Assembly: GCA_040285745.1 (NCBI GenBank)
Contig: JAUFOR010000005.1
Coordinates: 62,001 to 126,000, forward strand
From: Barthelona sp. PCE
Taxonomy: Eukaryota
Direction: 5' to 3'
DNA length: 64,000 nucleotides
Shown here: piece after piece, positions 1 through 10,900 of the stretch
How positions within the stretch are numbered: the stretch's first letter is position 1
How the letters are laid out: each line of letters opens with the position of its first letter
Made by a program: the position numbers and the translations under genes
The notes under the pieces: generated by a model
What the model saw: the letters and a program-made list of their open reading frames with translations, nothing else
Told to the model about the DNA's origin: nothing
Database searches by the model: none

Positions 1-1818
1 AATTTACTTAACTATGTATCAAGCGATTTTATTCCATTAGATGACAACCACATTTTTTTTGCTATTACAGAGGTTGATCAAGACCATAATATAGAAACGA
101 CGCATTGTTACATTCTCAATATACTAACAGAACAGTACCGGTGTCTTGGAGAGTACAACCATTACTCCATCAGCACTTGTTCCCTTCAATATCTATTGAT
201 GAGCAATTATGAAAATGGTTTTTCAATATTTCACTACAATTTCTGCGCAGATGATATGGATGAGGCTCATGAGCCGGATATCGTACAGCTAGAAGGTGTC
301 CATAATCAAAACTGTATAGGATGTTACAATGCTGATTGTGTTTGTTTTTCTGTTTATGGCGAGAGATTAGAAGAATTGATCATTTTTGATCGTCAACGAA
401 ATCGTGTTGACTTACTAGAAAGATTTCCACAGTTACTTGAATTGAAAATATCCTACTGTTCTTATTTTGCCTTGTTCACATTGACACAAGATGTATTTTC
501 TGCACTTTTCTATGATGGTTCAATTTGTACTGTTGTTCATATTGAAAACGGGGAGCTTAAGTCGACAACTGGTGATATAAGCAGTTCCATTGCTCATTGT
601 GATGATTTAAAACAAATTGACTTGGCGAATTCTTTTCATAATGAACAATGCCAGTTTTTAGGAACTTGTAATTCAACAGGTGTTTTTGGTCCTATAAGGT
701 TTAGGAAAGTCAATAACGAGGTGATTCGCTTGCAAAATTTTTGGCCTCACAGCGTGATGTATGATGGTATAGTATATTTTGATAATTATAGGAGAAAGAA
801 AAGATATTACTTTAATTTCAAAGAAAAAATAATTGTCATACATAAAAGTGTTATGACCAACGATAGTGTTATGTTCGAAAGGAATTACAGAGAACTATCG
901 AAGCATCCGGTTGAGGAAGAGCATTTCTTTGTGATTGCAAAGTGTAATGCAAGACAAGGTGCTTCAGAAATAGTTAAAATACACTGGGAAGGTTCAGAAT
1001 CAAAACCAATAATAACTTCTTTTGAAAATGATGGCTTGAATTATATTGGCTTAGTTCTTGGGTTACCATTTTTTATTGAGTACAATGAAAATGTTTGTCA
1101 AGGTTATCTTGATAATACAAAAGTTTTGGAGCTTCCTCCAAATGAGTACATAAATAATTGCAAGCCTTCAGTCACTGGAGATTCTGTGTGTGTTAGTTGT
1201 ACTAATTCAACACATTTTTTGCAATTGTTGATCAATAATAATGATGTTGAGGTTCAAAAGCACATCACTTTTCATCATGGTGATGATGTTTCGAGTGTAG
1301 TCTATTGTCATCATCCATTAACAGATACAGCTGACCACCAGCTCTTTGTTACATATAAATACAATAATGATGGTGAGGAACAGTATTTGCATTGTTTAGA
1401 TTGGTCAACAGGAAATTTTTTGGAACCCGTTTTGATATATAAATATTCAAATGTTGGTGAAATGCATGAAGAATTGATGGAAGGTAACTGTTTCTTTAAT
1501 TTCATAGGTGATTCGTACATTCAAGTGGATCAAGGTATTAATAAGGTATCCATTGTTAATGGTGTTATTGAAATGCGATTTTTTTCAAATACTATTTTAC
1601 CAAATATTGGCAACGATATTCGCAGCTTAAATCTACCTAACAACGTTGTTCAGGAAGTTATTTACGAAGAAGAAACCAAGACAATGGTGTTGAAAACGTA
1701 TAACGTTGAGGAAGATCCAGAATCAACTAATCCCACTGTGGAAAGGTTCCACCTTCCATCATTCCTGGCAGAGGCGTCCATCGTTGAGTACCACATGCCC
1801 AATTATCATGAGCATTAA
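1..1818 (+). CDS. Unassigned multicopy family protein (subfamily A), 5'-truncated by the window edge
   Basis: The frame is open from base 1 (NLLNYVSSDF...THCYILNILTEQYRCLGEY) through ORF 196..1818. It is a clear paralog of 22872..25052, sharing DDMDEAHEPDI, ERFPQL, VKIHWxGSESKPI, HCLDWSTGxFLEPVLI and a near-identical C-terminus. Confidence 0.85.
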   Translation, partial: NLLNYVSSDFIPLDDNHIFFAITEVDQDHNIETTHCYILNILTEQYRCLGEYNHYSISTCSLQYLLMSNYENGFSIFHYNFCADDMDEAHEPDIVQLEGVHNQNCIGCYNADCVCFSVYGERLEELIIFDRQRNRVDLLERFPQLLELKISYCSYFALFTLTQDVFSALFYDGSICTVVHIENGELKSTTGDISSSIAHCDDLKQIDLANSFHNEQCQFLGTCNSTGVFGPIRFRKVNNEVIRLQNFWPHSVMYDGIVYFDNYRRKKRYYFNFKEKIIVIHKSVMTNDSVMFERNYRELSKHPVEEEHFFVIAKCNARQGASEIVKIHWEGSESKPIITSFENDGLNYIGLVLGLPFFIEYNENVCQGYLDNTKVLELPPNEYINNCKPSVTGDSVCVSCTNSTHFLQLLINNNDVEVQKHITFHHGDDVSSVVYCHHPLTDTADHQLFVTYKYNNDGEEQYLHCLDWSTGNFLEPVLIYKYSNVGEMHEELMEGNCFFNFIGDSYIQVDQGINKVSIVNGVIEMRFFSNTILPNIGNDIRSLNLPNNVVQEVIYEEETKTMVLKTYNVEEDPESTNPTVERFHLPSFLAEASIVEYHMPNYHEH

Positions 1819-1906
1819 CATAATGAATAGTTTTAATGATTATAGAGATATAGGAATACACATTTAATCATAAAGTGCTATGTTAGTAATCCTTAAATTT
1901 ATTTAG

Positions 1907-4900
1907 TTAGAGTTCAGCGCTTCTTTGAACTTCAGCGCTGAAGGGCAAACGAGTTTGACTCGGATTCATCTCCATTTGCATGAAATTTGGTGCATATAAA
2001 TCCATTTCAGGCTTTTCCTCAACCTTCTTATTCATATATATTGCACCAATAACAAAGATGGTGATAAATATTGCAATCATAATGATGCCGAAGTATGAAG
2101 TCTCCTTCTCAGGTTCGGGTTCAGGATCGGTGACATAAGTACCGGTCTCGACGTTACACACGGAGCCAGATGACGACTGGACACCGCACACATCATAGAA
2201 CGTGAACTCGACAACGGAAGGGTTGGTTCCAGCCATGTCGTCAGCCAGGAGCACGAGGGCGGAGCCGCCGGTACGAGGACCGAGGGATTTAACGACCTTA
2301 CCATCGAGTGACACACCACCGAGTTCAGCGGGCAGACGCAGAACGTCGAGTGTTTCAGTATCAATAACGAAACCAACAGTAGTACCGGTGACGGGGTTCG
2401 TACCGTATGTGGCGAGCTTAGAGCCAAATTTCCAACCACCAGTGAGACCAGCGAACGCGACATGCGCGTCATTAACGTCATTCTTGGTGACGACACCTGA
2501 GCGAGTGTTGACTACGTACATCACCTGAGTTACGGGCTTACCACCGAACATGTAAATGTCATCATCAACGACGATCGTTGATGCGGCGGCAGGAACTGTA
2601 TCCTTGAGAGAGACTGTGAGAGTGCTCATGAACACATTATCGATCTTGAAGAGGAGCGATGAGTGCGCAGTCTTACCCATGATGAAGAAGTGCGTTTCGG
2701 AGGCAGCGAGGGAGGCGTCGGAGAGCTCTGCAACATCGGAAGCGATGGGGATCGAGTCCATGTAAATTGTTGAAAGTTCCCAATCGACTGTGAGTACCTG
2801 AAGTGTTGCCTTCTGGTCGGCATCTACACATACAATGCGTGTCGTGGTACCGGTGGTAGATGCACGTGATGCTGCGCAATTGCCGATGAAGTCGGTTGCG
2901 GTTGTTGTCACGGACATGGTGTACTCATCCCATCGGTCGTCAGCCTCGACGTAGCGCTTCACGTAAGGCATAATGTCGCTTACGATGAAGAGATCGCCAT
3001 CGTAAGAAACAAGAATATCACCAGAAACGGTTTGAGGAGCAGTTGCCTCGACAGCGAACGGATCAACCTCGACAGGAGGCTTAGTGCCAATGGTCGTGGT
3101 GGAGTGTTGGCCGACAATGGTTAATCCATCATCGTCAATGGTGAGGTGACCTGCACTCAGAAGAGTGGTGTCGGTCTGAATGTACTCAATGGTATGTGAG
3201 TTTTCAGAGACGTTAACAATGGCAGCGTGTGTTGCATTCAATGTGGGACACACAATAATGACATCGTTGTCAAATATGTTCACTGAAATGGCAGGACACT
3301 CGATATCGATGGGATCATAAGTAACCCATCTATTATCCGGAAGGTACCCGTAAAGCTTAAGCTGGGTGTCAGCGTGTACCACAACATTGCTGTGCCTGGT
3401 TGACTTTGCATCAAAGATCGCAGATGGACCGAGGTTCGGACTATCGGTGATGTTCACAGTTGAAAGATTCATTGAAGGCATATCCATGAACACGTGGTTA
3501 CTACCGACAAAGAGGATGCCGTCAACAACACCAATACCAATTGAATTAGGAGCAATAGAGATAGCACCGTTTGAGGGAGCTGAAACTGGTTCCCATTCTT
3601 TCGCGCTGAAGCTGAACACCTTTACCACATCATCATGGTAGATTGCAAACTCTTCTTGGACAAAAACATGAACAACATCACCCTCAAGTGCTTCGGAAAT
3701 CTTCTCATCCTCGTTATTGGTGATACGATGAATCTCAGCGTCATCAAGAATAACATAAGTGTTGTTACCGATGATCACTGATAAAACAGGCTCGGAATCA
3801 AAGTTATTGATGCGTTTGTAGAACACAGAGTTAGATTCATCCAGCGTGACTTGCTCATCGCACTCATCGCCGGTCCAACCGTGCTTACATTGGCACTCCT
3901 TATCCTTGTTGCAGAAACCGTTGGTGGGGCAGATAGGGCACTTGGGAATGGCCTCGTCGCACAGAACACCTCGGAAATCGGCATCGCACTCACAGCGCTC
4001 GGGGGCTACGCAAGTGCCGTGGACACATGTGGAGTTACAGATAGGAACGTTGCACAAATCGCCTTCCCAGCCGTTCTTACATTCGTCGCAGCTAGCACCG
4101 GTGAAGGTACCACTACAGACGCATGTGTCAGGGGCAACACAGTTACCCGCGCAGTCGTTACAAACGGGGACATCGCAGTTAGCGCCAGACCAGCCTGCGC
4201 GACACACGCAAATAGGATCGGAAAGTGACTCGTTACAGAAAGAGTTGCCCTGGCAGTCGATGAGACACGTCTTGATGACTGTGTTGTTCTCAATTCGGTA
4301 GCCGGGTAGGGTTTGATCGCAAAGACCACCAGTGGTTCCCTCATCACAGAGGCACATGCCGTCACCAGTTATGGTATCGTTACACGTTCCGTGGACACAA
4401 GCAGGACACTTCTCGCACTTTGCACCGAAGTATCCGGCATCGCAGAGTACACACTCGTCGTTGCTGTCCACTACAAGACCCTCCATACAAAGGGAACAGT
4501 CTGAGCCGCGACGACCTGGGATACACTCATCGCAGAGTGCACCAGACCAGTACTCATCGCAAATACACTTACCGTCACCGGAAGCGGTATCGCTACAGTG
4601 GCCGTTGTCGCATGAAGGACAGACTGTACAGGCAGCACCGAATCGGTTGCTCTCACAAACGTCACACACACCACCTGCGCTGGAGTTGAAACCAGTTGCA
4701 CAAAGGCACGTGTTGTTTCCGGTGATTCCATCAAAAACAACACCACCTGGACCGCAGTCACGGGCAAGCTCACAAGAAGCACCGACATATCCGGGCATAC
4801 ATGTGGAACAGTTTGTTCCGGGGTTGTAGCCTGCGGGACAGAGACACATACCTGATCCGGAAGTACCATCGTCGCATGTACCGCCGTTTTCGCAAGAGCG

Positions 4901-7900
4901 ACATGGGACGGCGTTGGGACCATAGTAACCAGAGTCGGTTTCTGAACAATCAGCGCCGGTGTAACCTTCGTTACACACACAGCTGCCGTTGCCGTTGAAG
5001 CCATCGAACAAAGTGCCGTGGATACAAGCGCCAGCCGCGATACATTCAGATGAGTAGTATTTGGGGATACACTCATCACAATCAGTACCAGTACGGCCGA
5101 ACTCGCACATGTTACACAGAGTACCGGTGAAGTACTGCTCGCACTGACAGGTTCCGTTACCGGTACCATCAAGACACGTACCGCGCTCGCAGGGAGGACA
5201 TGTGATACAGGCAGAGCCCTGTTCGTAGTAACCGGAGTTACAAGTGTCACAAAGCTCACCGCTGTATGCATCAGAGACACACACAAGAGCACCAGTTCCG
5301 GAGATTCCGGCGTCACAGATACCGTTGGGGGATTCGAGAGGACATGGCTCACAGTGCTCACCGTAGTGGTTACGGACACACTCGTCGCAGTCTTCGCCAA
5401 AGAAGGTCGATCCGCAGCTCATTGATTTGGTAATGAACGCAGCGAAAGCACCAGTTTCAGTACACGTGAACGATACTGAACTTGCGAACGGTGCGTATGT
5501 GACGGAGCACTGGGCAGGAACCCAAGTCTCGCCATCGAAACGCATGACAGTAATGTCAGATGCAGTGATGTTCTTCTCGTATGAGCCCACAATTGGGAGT
5601 CCAAAGGAGATGGAAGTTAAGTCGACATCAGAAATCTCGAGCTCGGTATTCTGATACTGAAGTTTGAGGGAGAAGACGTCGCTGAAACCAATTAAGCCTT
5701 CGACATACTCAAAGTGGGAGCCGGCGAAAGGCACAGTCATATATCCCACAGTGAGTTCGCGGTCGTCATCGGTTTCGGAGTCACCCGTGAAGGTGAAAGT
5801 AGACTCAGTCATGTTGACCAAGTCTGCGATGTTATCCTTGACAAAGGCCGCGTTGATGAGGCTTCCATCAAAGACATCACCCTCTTGCTCGTTGCTGTAG
5901 CGTGCCATGAGGTTGAAGCCAGAGACTGCAACTTCGTGTGCCCACTCAAGAACGGTTTCATTCTCGAACTGGCGGTCCTTCAGCGTGGTTAACATGGTGT
6001 TGACCAAAGTCATAAGCGACTCACCAGTTGCTTCCTTGACAGCATCAGTGTCCTCATCGAGGAACGTATAAGGCAAGTAATCACAAAGATCGAGAACAGT
6101 TGGCATGAGCGCGGTTGACGAGTCAGAATCCACCATAGCCAACAAGTTGCTGACTATGTCGATGGGTGAAATCACACCGAGCTCATCATACATGGAGTAC
6201 AACGATGCAAGATCAATGATCGGCATCAGTTCTTCAGTGGTCATGGCGTCAATCTCTTCATCAGTGAAGTCAATTGTATCGTTACCAGAAGAACCAGAGT
6301 TACGTGGAACACCACCAACATCCAAAAACGATGCAGTTATTCTGTTAACACGACGCTTATTCCATAACTTACTCCAAAATGATCTTTCAACTGGTGGTTG
6401 TTGGAATACAGTCTTAAGACCCTTTGTGAGATCCTTCAGGTGCACATTTTGAGATGCTTGTTTGGCAGGATCGGTGAGAGCCTTGTTCATGTCACGGACT
6501 AGTGTTGAAGCTGCAGAAATCTCATTAGAATTATCAATATAAAGAGGTGCGGGTTCTGGTGCACTCATCTCGACGTCCAGAGTACGCACTGACTTTATGT
6601 CATATGACTTATCAGTAACCTCAATTCCGAAAGTAACATTAACGTTAGCAAATGGCAAAGGAGGTGTTATGAAACTACTTCTGACATTGTCTGATTGAAG
6701 CATAACGGTTCTGCGGTGCGTTACAGGGTTTATGTATGTATATGTGTAAGACACATCGGGTCTAGCAATGACTGAAGTTCCTTTAACAAGATCATTAGCC
6801 CATTCACGGCCCTTCTCACCAAAAGATGGTTTGAATACCATTTGGTAACGTGAACCATCAAGTTTAGTAACATTAAAATAACCGCTGGTGTCTGGACAAT
6901 AAGTGGCGAACTCCCATTCATCTTTTGATGATCGTCCTCCTCCAACATTACATGTAGCTTCAAACTTGTATGATGAACAAGCGAAAAGACCATAATTTCT
7001 TATTCCTAAACGTTTTGTTTCCTTAAACGTCTCTGTGAGATAAACTGTATCTTCTACAGGCTTTTTTACGTTGAAGAAGGACCAACTACGTTCATATTTT
7101 GCAACCTTGAGCTTCAAATTGAAGAACTCTTCAGCGATTGAAACCTTGGCAACAGCATCAAGTTCCATGTCACCCCAATCGTATAAATTTTTGTTAGCAA
7201 CAGCGCCTGAAACCTCAAGAGCCTTGTATGTACATGTGTTCAACTTGGTTCCAGGATTTCTGGGAACCATATCGAAGAACACATTAGCGCTGTGAGGAGA
7301 AATGCGACGAACATCACCAATCCTAGAAAGAGAGATCACAGCATCGAAAGCTCCATACGCAACGTTATCAAAGACTCTAACGAGAATCTTGACCTTTGTT
7401 GAACGTCCAGTATCGTTATGAGACACAATAAAATCCAGGTACATGTTTGTATTATCTTCAAGCAAAGCCAGCTGTTCAGGCTGTAATATCAAAGCGCGAG
7501 ACTTGATACCGGGCATGATAGTGTCACACAATTCATTGTCATATCTCATGCGTGTTTCGTTGTACGCACGACATGCCCATGAATATGTGAAACCATCACT
7601 TGTACCGTACAATTTATCATACACAATGTGGTTGACAGTTAGGGGGTCTGACATACTTGTTGTCACATGAGTCTTCTTGGGTTTGACAGTGATCTCGGGA
7701 TACTCAACCTTGAACGAGAATGACTTTAACTCACGCATACAATTGGAGTTATCACTTTTCTTTGTGAGCGTAATATTATGTCCGAAATGGTATGTGCCAG
7801 GTAGCATGAACTGACCCTTATTGCGAATAATGTGACGAAAAGCTTCGAATTCAAAAGTTACGTTCTGGGGACCAGAGATCTGCTCGATATCAACGCCAAC

Positions 7901-10900
7901 AAAATCATACAGGTTACGATGAGAATAGTGGTAAGTGAGAGAAGGACGATTATTCTTCACAACTCTAAAGTTGGAGAAATAAATACGTGCACAATAATTC
8001 TCATTTTGAACCTTGAAATTACACGTATTCTCCCTTGTTGTACCAAACATATCAGTTCTAGAAACGTAGAGCTGATAAGTATTTGGTGTCAATGAAGCAA
8101 AATCAATGTCGCTCATTGCTGAAGCGGATTGTAATGTGGAACCACCCTCAGATCGAAGCTCAATGGTGAAAGGATCATTACAAAGCATACCGACCTTGAC
8201 ATAAGGTTCAGTTGTCCAGTTCTTACCCTGGAAGAGTGTTTCTCCACAAAGTGAAGACTCGGAAATCTCAAACTCAGTAAAATCAAAATCTGCAACCTCC
8301 AAATAAAATTGCTTCTGATCATCAGCCTTGGAATATCTTTCAACATTATATGAGTATCTTCCATCCTTAAAGACTGCTTTAAAGGGATAGTTAATAGCTA
8401 AATCTCTTGAACGTAAACTATAACGTACATAAAGATTATTACCAATAAAATCACCAAAGCGAGACTCTTGGCACTCAGGTCGGGCAGGATTGATATTCTT
8501 CTCAACATTCCAAGGTACAATGTATTGTGCAGATGAAAATGAATGGCGTACTGTACTATGATCAAAGGCTGTTTCAACTTTAAGATAACTACTGTCAATC
8601 ATCTCAATACTTGTAAACGCATCTATCAAAACACAAGGATGCTTGGAAACAGCAGCCCATTCTTCTGCAATGGAATCAGGTCGTGTCTTGACAATAATGT
8701 TTCCAATAGTATCGGTTGTTGGCTGTCCAACATCACCAGTACATCCGTACACAACAACGTCAACCCAGTGTGAGTAATGTTTGCTATGACCAAGAACGAT
8801 TTTTTCTGTGATTGTGGATGCCCATTCAGTTGGATTATTACAGAATTGTAATACACCAATTTCATCATGATAACAACGAACAATACGTAAATCGACATTA
8901 CAATTACTTTTAATATCTCCATCAAAGAAAACATCAATATTGAGATCATGTTCATTACGATGCGATGAAAGACCAACACGACGAGAATAACCTTCAACAA
9001 ATTTGAAAGGTTGTTTACCGTTCACGTTCACAAATTCCATACTGTAGTTAAGCTTTGAACGAACAATTTCGTCCACAAAGTATACACCATCCTTGTGCAA
9101 TTTAACATCGCATGTGTAATAATCTTCCATATTGTGATCGTATTGACCTAATTCAATAAAATTAACAACAGTATTCAGTGAAAAAGGTGATGTGATATAT
9201 GAGTCACAATCAATTTCAAGTACAAAATCACCATTGATATAGTTCAAAGCACTATAATCTTTAGGAATATTTGTTTTCAAAACATTATCAAATGCATATC
9301 CATATACTGAGAATGAAGTGTCTCTTTTTAAAATTCTGGCCTTGTTAGTGAAATCTGGGCTATATCCAACAAATATCCTAGCTTTTCCAACAGTTTTTTG
9401 TTTATGAATAAGATTCAGCTCACAAACACCGAATGAATCAAGTTTAAAACCATAGTTGTACTTTCCATTCTTGGAAAAGACACCTGTGGTAAATATTTTG
9501 TTGTTCTTACCACTGTTACATGATAGTTGCATGTACAAAATGGAAGCTTGGAAATAGGCAATTGGTCTATCGTTAAAACTAGCTTGAATTGTGCCGGAAA
9601 TAGTATCACCGCTTCGGTAGTAGCTGGTCTTACCATTGAACACTTCGTAGTAAGGAGCTGAAACAGTGAAATCAAAGTCAATATTAGGTTCACATGCACC
9701 ACTGCTCTGGTCATAAGAGTAGTCAGGCATACATGCACATGTATCTGGGGCGTTACAACGCGAGTTCTTGGGGCATCCATTGGCACAGATGGGCTCGACG
9801 CCCAGGGTCTGTTCAGCGATATCAACCCACTTGTATCCGTCCTTGGGAACGCATTCTTGATATGAAACATTGTGACGAACGCACTTGCTGTTTATGACAC
9901 AGTCTAGAGTGCATGCCTCGACACATAAAGTCTCATCAGCGTTCAACTCGTAGCCACCCTTACATACGAAGACATCAGGGGCAACACAGTCGGCATTATC
10001 AGGAAGTTCATCGCAAACAGGCTCACATGAACCGTCATCTTGCTTGATATACTTTCCCGGGGGACAACCACTGGGATAGAAATCTGCATTACAAAAACGA
10101 TCAGCGTGCGCACAGTCACTACATGAACCATCGTAACCACATATACCAATACCATGGCAGTTCGCGGCACATTCGAAACCGACACTGATCTCAGCGCCAA
10201 CCATACCGAACTGTGTGAGAACATAGACATCATCATCAGTGTCAAGAGGAATATTAACCATCTGATAAACATCACCCATACCTGTTGTGTCTTTGTTCAA
10301 AAGGTAATCCCCAATTGTGGTAAGACTGAATTCACCATCATAGTACGTGCGTGGTTCAAAGGTTGAAACTGATATGTGACCGAAATTCACACGATCCTCA
10401 GTAACATACGGGAACTTAACCTTGATGTAAAGGGGCACTGAGACGTTATAGAGAGCCTTTACGTTCCTGACTGTAGCAAGCGCTTGAGGGGTAAACTTGA
10501 AAACGTTGGGTAGATAGCGGGTATCACGAGCAACAGTGTATGTCCAGTCGCTGGTTGCTTCGCCATCAATGATCATGTATTGACAGTTATCACCATAGAA
10601 ATCATCACCACAAGTGCAACGATCGACACCAGCAGAATTACCAGTACCAGTACGGCAGAAATCAGTACTTTCCTCCAAATCAAAGCCTTGGTTGTGTCCC
10701 GAAGAGTACGTGAATGAAGCAAATGAAGCGTTGAAGGCGCCAATCGCAGGCGATCCAAGATTCGACATCACATTCAGTCCAAGCTTCTTATCATCGTAAC
10801 CAACCATCGGTTGATCCTGATCATCCGCTTGGCGCCAGAATGCTGCCCAGTCAAGAGTCTTGAATGTTGTTCCGTCCTTTCTTGTGGCATACAAAAATCC

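Noticed and set aside
2077-6452. Many overlapping 60-300 aa ORFs inside the giant surface-protein gene
   Set aside because: Expected by-products of GC-rich, Cys/Gly-repetitive coding sequence.
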